DNA of 64,000 bases from Ophelia neglecta (Eukaryota): contig OZ260661.1 of the NCBI GenBank assembly GCA_965285935.1, forward strand, positions 109,430,001 through 109,494,000. Direction: 5' to 3'. A program made the translations under genes and the position numbers. The notes below the pieces were generated by a model. The model did not search any database, was not told the DNA's origin, and saw nothing but the letters and a program-made list of their open reading frames with translations. Below, piece by piece: positions 24,081-37,460 of this stretch. Numbering within the stretch: the stretch's first letter is position 1; the number at the start of each line of letters is the position of its first letter.

Positions 24081-26789
24081 TATTTACTATACAAAAATAT
24101 ATAGTTCCACTTCGTCCTGACGCACTACAAAATACACAATGCCGCTGTCACTCTAATTCTCTAGTGTTCGTTACCGGCTTGTAACTTGGTTATACGGAGG
24201 TCACTTTAAATGGCCATGAGTGTATGAGATGTGTAGAGGTCGGGCTATTCTAGGCCCCTTTTAAATCCGTGCCTGCAGAAAGTTTTGGTATATATCTTTA
24301 TTCCAGTCAGAAAGTATATGTATGATTGTCCTGCTCAAAGTGTAAAAGCGAGCACGTAGTACGTACAAATCTGTGTCCGTAAATCGAGATATACAACTGC
24401 CCGTAAATCGAAAAACGGACTTGTGCCCGCAAACTGGTGTACATAGCTGTAGGCCCTATCCGTAAACTTCGAGCTACATACACGTATAGCTGAACTCTAA
24501 GTGAGATTGGATGGGCAAAGATGCTCTTCTAAAGCCACAATTTATTCAAATGCTATTGCGTATACTTTTTTTGTGCCCTCGTGCTTTCATATTGACATGA
24601 ATATCATGAAATAAGCGTATACTGTAAAGTAGGCCTGTGTACATTAACCGAAGGCCAATGCCTTCTTATCGTGGGTCTGTTTTCATGATATAGACGTCAC
24701 GTGTACAGGTTAAAGTTTGACTGCTCACAGACGATCTACATTTTATAGGACACCTGGACATCATGATAGGGCTTCGTGTTTTCGGCGAAAGCGAAAATCA
24801 TAGCAATACCGAAAATTGGTATGCCCTTAAACAATATAAACTGGAATATATCAGCCATTTAAACCGTACAATTATTATTTTATGGCCTTATCCATACGTA
24901 TCAATTTTGTAATGGTACAAATATTCGGATAGGATGGGCCAATTAAGGGTGAAATCTGTCTGAGGACATTGAAGTCTAATTCGCCAAGGCTCACCATCTA
25001 TTTGCGGACTGCACGCTTGTCTTTAGCCCTATACATATAAACTGAAGCTACCTCGGTTCACGAGCATGCCAGGAGTACCAAGTATGCGCTAACTTTTAAA
25101 TATTTTCACCTAACCCTCATTATACACTGACTGATTTGGAGAGGTTGATCTGATACCAAACATCACATTTGACAGGATGACCTTGAGCGCAATGTGACAG
25201 GGTCCGACTCAGCGCCTCAGTTTAGTAAAAAAAAATGGATGCAAGGTGGATATGAGTTGTTATTAATCGCTGTTAATAGACCTGTAGCACAAGAGGCTAT
25301 CATAACACAGCGGATTGACTCACCTAGTCCGCTGAATCACAGTTTCTGAGTCAGAAATGCCCAATGTTGAGCACCTACATAATCTTAATTTGATGACCTG
25401 TACATAATTAACCGACATTTATCACACCAATGAATCAACTAACGACATAAGCTGAACTCTACACTAATAAGGCATTTAAAAGGGAAACAGCTGGAAAAAG
25501 TCTTGCAATGGGTAATTACAGCCACAATGACACCATAAAGACATGACAGAGGCGCTAGCAACTTAATTTACTCGGACGTCCTATAGCTATAACGTTTCTT
25601 GATAAATTCTCTTGCCTATATTGATATATGCAAAACAGTGAGGCCTGTTTTGTGTAGCTGTATATAGTAGGCATACACGTCGTTCGCCACTATAGAAGCT
25701 GATTTGAAAAAAAATCATTACACTAGATAAATAGCAGCGATCAATCAATTATTTAAAGCACCAGGTTAGAGGGAAGTCGAGCTATCATTTTATTCGATTG
25801 CAGCATTGAGAGTGTTGATGACCGATGTGCGTACTTGAATCACGCCGGAACTGTAGTACTATCCCAGTAATGACGGTTTAAATCTAGGCCCACAAGGATG
25901 AGACTTATGACCCGATTGTTGACATATCGGTGTTAGGATCGCGATCTGGGACCCAGTCACTGAATATGATACACGCTGTGACTCAGAGCCTTGCTCTGGT
26001 ACCACCAGCCTGCCTGACTCCTGCAGACCTGATGACGAGCCAGCCGTTAGAGTGATGGGGGTGGGCCAGGTAGCACCCAATGTAATGTGCTACCGTGTCG
26101 CTTTGATCTAGCCGGCGGGACAGCTCGTCGTCTCACGATAGTGTGACGTTTGGTAGACCAATTAATCGACGATGAACGGGTCGGTGTCGTTCCCCAGACG
26201 GACCTGACTGCCTCTCTAATGAGGATCGTATGCAAGTCTGATGAGTTGGCTTTCAACGCGAATGCTACATGTATTACCTTTCATGTATTGCTAAAAACAT
26301 TCAGATTCGGTTTGCTTCTGTGACTCTGGGCTGTTTTAAACCGATATCTGTGGCAATGGTCGCAATGTCTAGGGTGGTGTTTGGGTGTCCGGGCTCGGTG
26401 CCTGGGAGACCACGAACATGGCTTGAAGGAAAACTTTGCTACCCCCCCCCCTCCCCGCCCCTCCATATACCGGAATAAAAACGATTCAGACCAACTAACT
26501 AGGCTTCTCCCTGGGTCAAAATTGTCCCCCCCCCCACCTCTCCTTTCCCACCTCCCTGCTCTGCAGACGAGATTTATCTCGGTACCACAAAAAAAAAGAT
26601 ATATTACACTCTCTACCAGGAAGAGCTTTTATTGTTTCTGCCAATTTTCCGATATTGGCATGCTTGCAACTCCGCGGACGTGAGATACCAGTTGGCATGG
26701 CGTATATAACACGGACTACGGCTTATGGTATACACGTGGAAATTATGACGGGAGGGGTTGGGGGGGGGGGAGGCAGACATTCACTATAT

Positions 26790-26794
26790 TCATA

Positions 26795-26826
<32 letters not shown>

Positions 26827-26837
26827 CAGTATATATA
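26790..26837. repeat. (TA)n microsatellite
   Basis: Direct reading. Confidence 0.9.
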
Positions 26838-27377
26838 ACCATCACTACTAATAACCCATCCCAAGCCAAACCCCCTACCCCACGCCGCCCCACACGCTCC
26901 ACATCTTGTCAAGGTTTATGACCCAGATACGTCGTAAGTATACTAGTAGGCCAGAACTTAAGCATTAACAAATCATACTCCTTTTTTGCCTTTTTGTAGA
27001 CACTGTACTAAGCATATAAGCATACACGCTATAGTAGCGGCAAATGGGAGACTAAATTAACGTTTGGCGATATAAATCACGTCCTACAACTACATACCAC
27101 GTACATGTGTGTTTACATAGTAAACGCCTTTGACTTTTAATTTCATTGAAACAGTAGCAAACTTGGGCCCATTATATCAATTGTCTACCACAACGTCTTG
27201 GCATACATACATAAACATGTATTGGCTATATATATGGCTATTTTTAAGGCTAAGGCTAAAGGGTTGGTAAAACCTTTTAATGATCAGAAAAGTAAATAGG
27301 TATGGCTGACAGTATTATAAGCTGTAATACTAGGTAGTTACATTACACTTGTCACTATTCAAGATATTCTCACGTGC

Positions 27378-27468
27378 ATATATACACACACACACATATA
27401 TATATATATAAACAGGGGGAGAGGGGGAGAGGGGGGGGAGGGAAAGGGAAAGGAGGGAGAGAGAGAGA
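27378..27468. repeat. (CA)n(TA)n microsatellite plus GA-rich purine tract
   Basis: Direct reading. Confidence 0.85.
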
Positions 27469-30431
27469 TGATACAAGCCATCGCTGAAACTCCAACTTAA
27501 CCCACCCGCGCACCCAATTGTGTTTGTTTGCCTCCATGAGCTGCATCTACGCGGACTGTCGAGTTTTGCTGCACTTTTGATTTTGTTAAGTCAGCACTCC
27601 GTGCGAAAATTCAACCTGTTGTACCAGATTTTTTAGCTTAAAACTCCTTGCATATTACCGAACCAAATTTATATAGGCTTGTTTGACAGCTGCGGACGTC
27701 CCTGGTGGCTTGCCATCTCACTGTCTGTGCTGGCAAATCAAATTCACAAGACATACAATTAAGCAATCGCTCTACTATCACCGATTCTCTCAGCGATTGG
27801 AAAGGCTAAATTAGAGGTGTATATAATTCTAAGAGGGACGTGAACCACGGTAATGATACCCGTTTAAGATGTTTTGCCGAGCTGGTTGACTGGTCTCGGG
27901 CCGGTTGACAGGTGATAGCTATTACTGTCATCATCTCCACCGCCCGCTCTAATTACTAGTGTAGGAGTCAGTGTTTGTGTGAGGCTGGCCTGGGGCGGGG
28001 ATGAGAGGACCTACGTGGTTGCGTCAAGGCGGGGACTGCCCCACCTGTCACTCTGGCAGGCGAACACCAATAAACCAACTCGCAAACTGCTCAGGTCACC
28101 TGTGATAGACACGTGCACGAGGCAACCGCGGTCCGATGCGAAAAGTCGGACTTTGACTTAATCTTTAGATATGTTCACCATATGGTAAACGAGAAGCGTT
28201 TCTTAGGACAAGAAAGTCTGGCTTGTTAATACCCGGACGAGTAGCCCAAGTACTTTCTCAGTACTAAATAGACCAATTAGTTTCATAGCATGGTTCCTTC
28301 ATATCAGCGTATGTTCAGTATAGGCCTAATTTAGAAGTTATTTTAACATGTATTTGCGTGTTTTTTCTGAATGCGTTATATAAGTTATGGCTTCCATGCA
28401 GGCCGTCACTTCCTGTATAATCTTGTCATTGTACGTCAAACCCTCCCCCAATGTAAGACACTGCACAGGTGGTCAACAAAATATGTCCCAGTCGTTTCCG
28501 GTATGCACCTCGCCAATCTGTCGTCTGATTATTGTTGAGTGGTCAACATGACATTCGCTTGACGTTTGTGCTGAATACATGTGCCAGTGTTACCAGATAT
28601 TTGGTCAAGCATTATTTACTATAGATTTTGTCATGGGAAAATTATAATTACGAATGATAACGACTAGCGGAATATAGTACATATAAATAAACCAAATTTG
28701 AGCATACATATATATCAGGCTACTTCAAGAATTGAACAGAATTTCAACAAGATTTAATATAAATATATATGCCACATATTAACAAGATTACATGTAATGC
28801 TTTTGCTTATACATCCTCACAAAGTAAGAACGAATTAGGGATCAGATTCATCAATTAGTAGTTAATTGACTTCATCAGAATCAACAGGCCCACATAGATA
28901 TCAACTAAAAAAACATTTCATTCATAGAAAGCTATTTTGTGTCGAGTATTTTTTTAAACAAGCTTATTTATTGACCTTGATTTTAAATAAATATGCGAGT
29001 TTTATTTACCAGACGTCCCCAAATACTTCAAGTGCTGGGACGACGAGATGAATGAGGAACGAATAACATCACCGTTCAAAATCAGTATTATGCATTCAGC
29101 AAGTCAGTTTTGTCTCTCGGGAAGCCATATACCATGGTACGTCAAATAGCTAATTTGCGGAGCCCTCTTCATGACGAAAGGCCATCAGAGAATGTCACTG
29201 TAATGAGGGATGGTGATATACATTCTTTGTCACCTATTAGTACATGTACATGCATGCATCTAGTGTCCATTTGGTTTTTCGTAAAATTGTAGTTGAAAGC
29301 GTGGTATGGGTTTTGTCAATGCTATATATGTATATATATCTTTCTTTGCTGTTTAATTAAGCGCAAAAGTGCATGTTCATGATTATTATTACTAGTAATT
29401 AAGATGTAAGTACAAACGTACATGAGAAATATCGGACCTATTTTGTTCAATTATGTATATTGGGCTAAAATGATTAGCAGCTTGTAGTCAAACAAATAGA
29501 GCAGTCAGGAATGGGCGATTAGCGGTTATTACAAATACCCAAGAATGTTTGTCCTGCGCTCGTTTCAAAATATTAGCTCAATTCGTGCGTCATTAATGGC
29601 AATAGGGTACATTAATTACCACGATTAATTTCTCCTTCCGACACATCAGGCAATTAATAGGAAGCAATTGGAAAAGAGTGGTAGCGCGACTGTTTTGACG
29701 CTACCTGAAAGCCTATTATGTGATTTATTGATCTATTTGGTCAAGATTATTTTAACGGATTTACAAAAAGCTCCTGAATTATATATAAGGTTTTTTGTGT
29801 TCTTTTTTTTTGCGGGGGGGGGGGGGGGGGTACCCCCTTATGACATATCTTGGTCGTCCGCTCACCATAGCTAATATTAAGTATTCAAACGGCTGGTGAG
29901 CAATTCAGTGGTCTACAGTAATCATGTTCCCTATTGTTAATAAACAGCTGATTTCAGCTTCAAAGGAATTATTTTCTTATTTCGGTAACATTTACTGTAA
30001 CCGATATAGCCCTATTATATCTGTACAGTTCTCTGGAACTAGTCAGAATCCAACAGCCCCCAAAACAGTTTCGCAAACTCGTTCACTGACCAGATGAATG
30101 GCAGGTTAATATAATGAGGGGAGTTTTACTACCTTCAAAAATATCTATTTTAATTCTGTAATTTTCACGGTAGAAAATGGGACATTCGGAATTCTTAAAT
30201 CATTTTTCGCCCCTCTCGCCTCTCAAATGTCTTCATTTTTCAATTCTTAGTGCTAAAAAAGTGTCACTTTCTCAGTTTCCGAAATGAACGATAACCAAAA
30301 TAGCGAGATTTAACCAGAAACTTTACTCTGGTTTCTGATGTATGCACACTTTCTTGTACATGAAGTTAAACTGTCACAAGAAATCACTGGCTATTGCCCT
30401 CTTACCCATCGGCTGACCCGCAGTAAGGCTT

Positions 30432-30477
30432 CGGACAGGTAGGGTCTCCTGTCCGGATAAGTCGCTCGTTCACTAGT
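30432..30477 (+). mobile_element. Possible Helitron 3' terminus
   Basis: An 8-bp GC-rich hairpin (cggacagg/cctgtccg) is followed 17 nt later by CTAG|T. The 5' end was not identified. Confidence 0.3.
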
Positions 30478-33403
30478 TGCTCTATAATTCTTTCAGCTCA
30501 CTTTTCTGCGGATATCGGACCAATTAAATGAACTGGTATGAATTTATTAGGTTTTGTCGTCTGCCGAGTATCCTCTCCCGTTTTTAATTTAAATGCATAG
30601 CACACCGGCCTCTGGAAACTTTCCTTTTTATTTACCAGGGGAAGGGGGGGTGCTGATAATGGGTCCCCGTGTCTTATTAGGATAGGCCCTTGGTGTTTTT
30701 ATCCCACCGCCACCCTACCACCCCCCGACTGTGTCGCATTATCAAAATGAAGCGATCGAATCTTTTCTTTTAGATTCATCGGGGTTATATGTGTTTCGCT
30801 TTTTTAATCTCCAACGATTAGCGAGTAATTTGTCCCAAGAAAGTTGGCATACCTGGAGGTTACTTTTAAATATCTAAGTTGTAATCGCACATCTGTTGTA
30901 ATCAAATGTAACACGACTGCCTTAATGAAAAGTAAAAACAGGTCTGTTTGATAATTTGGGTTTTAGGTTATAAAGCGAAGGATGTGGAAATATTTAGATA
31001 TATATATATAAAAATATATATATATCATTTACATATTAGTCCATACCGTCCACTTCTGTTCAGAAGTAGACATACGTCATTTCCTATATATATATATAGT
31101 TCGCTAGAATTGTTTGCATTACAACCACTACGACAGCGCGTTTTGTATCCACGGGGTGTCAATCTGCTAATGACAACAACCTTTCGACTTGAGTATAAAG
31201 GTTCCTCAGCTAACGACTTCCGCCACGTACAGGTGATCTGAGCTCGAGGTAAACCCCACAATATGGCTCTTTTTAAGCTGTGCAAATTCCTTGCCCCAGA
31301 TATATACCTCAACTGTCGGCAACAGGAAGTGACTTCTTTTATACGAGGTGGCGAACTGTAATTGCGTCCACCCCCTACTCCTTTTGTGCGTAGACTTATT
31401 TATGTCAAGCGACGCCTATTTCCTCCTGTCGACGTTGTCTGCACTGGGACTTGTCTGACCCACTTGCTCATTTGACAACCTGACAAAAGCATAATTTTCT
31501 CTAGACAATCATGGTCGCCTCAAAACATGACAACAACTGAAGCATTTTGTTTTTCCTACGCAAGCTCCCGCCTCGCATCTCTCCAGGCGAAGAGCCAACC
31601 GAGACGACAGCCGCATTAACGATCGTCCGCCAATTACTTGCCCTGACGTAGAAGGCCTTCTGTGGAGCAAAAAAAAACTACTAGAATACAAAAAAACTAA
31701 GACATGCTCATAGTAAAGCTGACATGTACATGACCTACTTGGCTATCCTTTTCATTCAACATTTCACCTAAAAAACGCTTTCCAAACATACAATTTCATG
31801 GGGGCGTGTTATATATGGTTTATTTGGCTTTTTTTTTACCCGGGTGTTAATTGGTATGTGAAATGGTAGACGAGTAACTTTATTAATGGGAAAACCTAAA
31901 CAATTGCAAACACCTTGTTTGGGGATGTGATTTCATATACAAACTATGGGGAACCAGTTATGAAGTATGTTGCTATTACACCGATAATAGCAAGAGATTC
32001 GAGAGAATAAAAACTGCAAACTTATTTAAAGCCAAAACGAAACATGTTGTTAAAGTGCCAAAAAGCATTCCAACATAGAGGCAGCAGCGCATATTTTTCA
32101 CTGACCGAGCTTAGTAACTGCAATAGTCCAACTATTCCATACAATTTGTTATGTGTAAATAGTATCGAGTTTATTGGTGGCACTCCCCCGCGCACAAATA
32201 TTACAGGCTGTTTATAATAGGCGGTGACGTATTCCTTCTTGTGTGCTTAGAAAAATAATGGCCTTATGAAACCAAATGACAAAATAAGGCTTATCTGGTC
32301 GATTATGGCGCTCTTCAATTCACATAGAGGTAATGGTTAAGGACAAATTAAACTAGCGGAAGTTGGGCATATTATATATGAAATGGTTACTGATATTCCC
32401 TATAATACAAATTAAAAACTTACAGCAACTTGGACAAGATATATGGATTACATAATTACTGATATTCACTACAAGGCTTTGGAGTTGTGTAAAAGCGTAC
32501 AAAAGCATATTTAGTAAATAGAACTTTTTAATAACATAGAGATAGCGAGGTAGCGAGGAACGTGTAAAGGTTCAAGAACGCTCGGTGTAGCAGGAACCAT
32601 CACATCAAGGTTTAAAATTAAGCTGAAATATTACTCATTGCCTGCAATGAACTGAGAGAGTTTGTATAATTACATTACGTAATCAAGTTGCGATATCAAC
32701 AAAACTATTTGATAAAGTGTCCTTTGATCGGTGGCAAATTGGCTTAGGTCTTTTTTGATTTGATCGGTGAATTCTCTATTCTATAACATGTCCCTTGGTA
32801 GGTATCAAATGGCCTTCGCTTAGGGCTTAACTGGTGCAGCAGGAACACTGGGGAACCAACGGGACAAAAAGAAAAAGAAAAGTGACATATATAGACAACG
32901 ACTTCTATTATATATTACAGATATACATAAATAAATAAAAAAAGTGGCTTTTCAAAAGAGTGGCTTGGTCACTAACAATTATACTTCTTACTTGACTAGA
33001 ACTTTATCAAGAGTTGTACATTTTTGCAATGAAAGAACTGGCGTAGTAGAAACATTCTTTACTGGGGCACGCTGGTCATCGCGTATACGGCATGCTTGGA
33101 CCACTGCACGTATACCGACACGCGTATACGTATGATCTATCTGTACAGGCCTTTCATCGGAAGCCTTAAGATGACAGCATCAAATACTAACAATAATAAT
33201 AGAAGTGATCTGTTTACTGCATATCATATGATGATGATGCACAAGCCAGACAAGCGCTCCATTTCTACTATCCATATACTATCATTGATCGATTACGCCG
33301 GCTGTTTCGCCATTGTTGATATGAATGGACGCCTCACTGTAATACCGCCTGCGTCAATGGGCCTCTCGCTGATTCGTCGATTTCCTTCCCCATTCATACT
33401 TTC

Positions 33404-33731
33404 AGTCCCGCCCCTTCCTACACCATACTATATAATGCGCTTGTTTCTCTTATTCCACAGAAATAAAGTGCGATTGCAAACAGCAACATCTCTGCTGAAC
33501 ACTGACTACCTGCTATACAGTACTTATCAGAGGCGGATAACACAACTTTAAGAAACTGCTACAAACTTCGCATTATCGGGAGACAACTTGAAGAAACTGA
33601 CATCAAGAACATTCTACCCGTACACTTCACTGCTTGGAGAACTCACTTTTGAAATCTGAGCTTGACACTCACCGAGACTCACTATACAAGAGATTTCGCG
33701 GACACAGTTGTCCTCATCATAAGAAAATAAG
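33404..33731 (+). promoter_or_regulatory. Putative core promoter and 5' UTR of the P450
   Basis: GC box (CCCGCCCC, ~33406-33414) and TATATAA at 33429. The stretch 33461-33731 (~270 nt) contains no ATG, as expected for a 5' UTR. Confidence 0.5.
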
Positions 33732-33820
33732 ATGCTGGCCGTGGGAACTTGGATTTTACTTAGTCTTTCGTCCATACTGTTTGTCATCTATGTGGTCGTC
33801 CTGAAATACAGTCGAAAGCC
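33732..33820 (+). CDS. CYP7-clan cytochrome P450, coding exon 1 (N-terminal ER membrane anchor)
   Basis: The ATG at 33732 reads MLAVGTWILLSLSSILFVIYVVVLKYSRK(P), a hydrophobic anchor followed by basic residues. It ends in the donor CC|GTAAGT at 33821 (phase 2), which joins exon 2 in frame (CC+G=Pro). Too short for the ORF track. Confidence 0.9.
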
Positions 33821-35461
33821 GTAAGTTTATTTGAAATAGTTAATCTCATTTACACCTAAATAGTATCTTTCTACCTCGATAGAAAGGATAGAATACAGTT
33901 TACTATAAAAACTCTTGGCTATAAGAGAAAACGAGTACTCTTGCAACTGCTTCATTTCCTAGGAGTTAAAGAACCATGACATTTACATGGAATGTATTAA
34001 TTGCCGCCTAGACCTTCCGCTATCGATTACCAAGCCACGTTCCTGTAATACTATGTTGCCATTCATAAAGTTTAAGCCCGTTGTGATGACTGTCTGGGCT
34101 GGGCCCAAGGCAACCGCTAACCACGTGGGAACGCGATAGAACGAGCCGACAATGCTTAAGGCTAGATAAAGTCGCTTAGGTGTTGTTGTCAGCGTTTTGT
34201 AGCGTACTGGGTTAAAATATGCCGAGTCGCTGAAAGTCAATATTTGCCTTAAGTTTAATATTTTATAATTTTGTTGTATGTCCCATATTTTACTCTTTGC
34301 TACCCGATTACGTCATAACCGCCCAGTGTCTAGACTTCGATGATCTAATAGTCGATGAAGTGCTCTAGTATAGCCAAGGCTGCCATTAACTGTTTTTTTA
34401 ATAGTCAGTATAACCTAAAGGAAAGATGTCCCGACTTCTAATATGCAATAAACTGTAAGCATATATTAAAGGCAATTGATAGCACAATGGAAGGTTAAGC
34501 AATTTGATGTACCAGTATCGTCGCATGCTTCAGCATGTTCAGTGGTGAAATCATCCCACTTGATATTTGGTTTTGATCAATGAGAGAGTGTCTACCGGTT
34601 TGATCGTCTGCGCGGTGAAGTATGACATAGTCCCGGTAATAGGCTAATCCGGCGCCGGGCAACATGTATCGATATGCAATAAACTATTGTGTATTGGTCA
34701 ACTGACGGTTCCGTGTGGCCTTTACCTTCGATCTGAGCGCCATAGACCAGGAGACGGCAGGATAGCTTCTTTGTAGCGCTATCTTCTAGTATCTGGGACG
34801 CAAGGACATCAAAGTGATAGCACATGACAGCTAAGTAGCATGTCACTTGATGTATAAAAGTTCAATTGCCTGACTTGTGAACTTAGTACACAGTTCCTGA
34901 TGCAAAAACTATATTGGGCTCATGATCATGATGATGAAACAACCATCAAGATTGGCAACTGATCAAATAACTACACGACAAGGGGAATTCCCTCGCCAGT
35001 TTTATATACCGGACTACAAGCTGAACTAGCCTGATAACAACTGCGCTGTTTGCTCGTGCGCAGGTTTGAAGCTCGAAGGGTATTGATTTCTGGTGGCTAG
35101 AGTGTGGCAGCCAACTTATTTATGCGAGCGCGTACACCATCCCAGCCTGATTGCCACCGCCATGATCAATCATGATGACCTCATTCAGGTCATCAGACGC
35201 TGTTTGTAGCCGTCGTTTGGCGCTTTTTTTGCCAGATGGCGGCCTGCTATATCGTTAACATGTGATAATATAGCCCCCAGCTCGTCATTTACCGTCACTT
35301 AGCATAATTGGTCGCTTTGATCCTTTTCCCATAGCGACAAAGGATTGACTCACGTGTACATCCCTCCCAGCATAATAATATATAACGTTTAAGGCAATAA
35401 CCATTATGTTAATCTGGACATTTAAGCACAATTATTAAATGCAATTCTATATTTGTTACAG

Positions 35462-36369
35462 GAGAAGAGGTGAGCCACCAATAGTTAAAGGTAACCTTAT
35501 ATGGGGAAGTGGCCAAGACTTCTCTGAGCATGCTGTGGAATTCTTGCACCGCAGCCAGAAGACATACGGAGATGTTTTCACTATAAGACTCATCAACCAG
35601 TACCTGACAGTGATCATGGACCCTCACAGCTATGAGGCGGTAAGCAAGGAGAGGAATTTTGATTTCGATCCCATCCAGAAACAGGTCAATTGGAATGTGT
35701 TCAGCTTTATGCTCAAGGACTCAAAAAAGATGATCAAGGCTACTGCAAAGACGGTCCGCGGGCCTCACCTCGTTAATGCCATGCAGAGGTTCTGCGGAAA
35801 CTTGGACATCGCCTGCCAGCGCGTCCATCCCGACAACAACAACAGTAATGTCTGGGCCAGCGAAGGTTTGCGAATGCTCTGCGCAAAAACCATGTTTGAC
35901 GCCATCTTTAACACAGTGTTCGGGCGCGCCGACGGGCACGCTTTCTCCAGTGGAATGGTGTACAAGAACTTTGACATTTTCCACAAGTACTTCAACTATT
36001 TCTGGCTGGGACTTCCCAAAGCTCTATTCCCACCAGCAATGAAGGCTTTAGGAGAGCTTCTGGTGATGCCTGGTTCTGAGGACCTTATGGGACGTTCTGA
36101 CCTTTCTGGCTACATCCGCACTGCTATCGACAGCCTGAGGGAGCAAGGTCAAACCGAGGCTGACATCAAGGGCCACAACCTGGTCTACCTGCACGTCAAC
36201 TACAACACCTTTCGCTTGGCCTTCTGGGTGCTCTCAAACCTTCTGGAGGACGAGAAAGCCACGGCTGCTCTGAAAGACGAGATCGACACTGCCATCAATG
36301 CCAGGCTCGACGAGAGTACCAACAGCGCACAGTTCACACTCAAGGACATCGAAGAACTCAAAGTTCTTG
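35462..36369 (+). CDS. CYP7-clan cytochrome P450, coding exon 2
   Basis: Acceptor tttgttacAG|G. Encodes RRGEPPIVKG..YGDVFTIRL..MDPHSY..FDF, the N-terminal signature of CYP7A1/CYP8B1, and the I-helix ..NTFRLAFW. Donor G|GTGAGT at 36370 (phase 1). Lies within ORF 35439-36377. Confidence 0.96.
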
Positions 36370-37169
36370 GTGAGTAATTATTTTCACACTTTAAGGTAAT
36401 AAAAGAACAATTGGTTCTGCAACGTGTTCATGGGCTGAGGGACTCCTTATTCAGCTGTGAAGTTAATGTTCTTGGTGGGAGGTATAATATCATATGTAAA
36501 AATAAGAAGCTACAGATACATTGAAAGCAAAATTCGTGTAATTTCCGCCGACAAAATGCCAGCTAAGCAATTTTTGTCCCACTTTTAAAATTCAATAGCA
36601 TTTTTTCAAAGCAATTCTTGTAAGGCAGCTCTTTTCCAATCATGTCCCCAAACGAACATATAATGATACTCCCACGCTAAGTACATAATAATCCAATTAA
36701 ATCTTATCCATTATAAGGTCTTGGGCTCAGCTTAATGTATTTATCATCCGTTTTTTGTCGAACATTGATGGTATATAAAGACTGTCTTGTTAATCACCAT
36801 GACACCCAAACTGCAATACTGGCTTGTTCAAACAACAAATAAAGTCGCAATTATATAAACTTGTATTTGATATATCACACAAGAGGTCGCATTACTGTTG
36901 TAGACTTTCTGCTTGTAAACAATACATATGTTCCTTTCTTTGGATAAAAAAAACAAGCCAGTGATATGCCATTCAAGACATTAATGTGTTTTACTGTGTG
37001 CCTTTCAAAAGAACAATTCATTTGGTTTCTTGTTACTGGCAAACACTTTCCTTATGAAGAGAAAAACGTTGGTGACATCAGCGGCTGTCATGTAGATAGA
37101 AACTAGTTCAACATGCGTGGGCTTCCCCTAACAACGTGGTAGCTAACCCATTTATCGCTCGTCTTTCAG

Positions 37170-37348
37170 ACTCCATACTGCAAGAGACAATGCGTCTATC
37201 CAGTGGCGTCTTCATGGTGCGCTACATCCAGGAAGACAAAGAATTCATAACTAGCGAAGGCAAGGCTCACTTGATGAGAGCCGGAGACAGAGTCGCCATC
37301 TATCCACCAGCCATACACAAAGACCCAGAAATATTCGAGGATCCATTG
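37170..37348 (+). CDS. CYP7-clan cytochrome P450, coding exon 3 (K-helix ExxR)
   Basis: Acceptor gtctttcAG|AC (G+AC=Asp). Encodes DSILQETMRLSS (ExxR) and RAGDRVAIYPPAIHKDPEIFEDPL. Donor TTG|GTGAGT at 37349 (phase 0). Confidence 0.96.
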
Positions 37349-37460
37349 GTGAGTCACTCTACTACCAGTTTGTTTATGTGTCTGTTCAGTTATGATCCAT
37401 ATACATCTACTGTAACAATCGTAACATCGTTTTTAACTAATGTTTCTTTTTTTTCACCAG

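Noticed and set aside
26238-26263. CTGATGA followed by a short stem, resembling a hammerhead ribozyme
   Set aside because: The required GAAA after stem II is absent (gcgaat), and stems I and III were not found.
33096-33551. 151-aa ORF upstream of the P450
   Set aside because: Non-ATG start, no domain, and it overlaps the promoter region.
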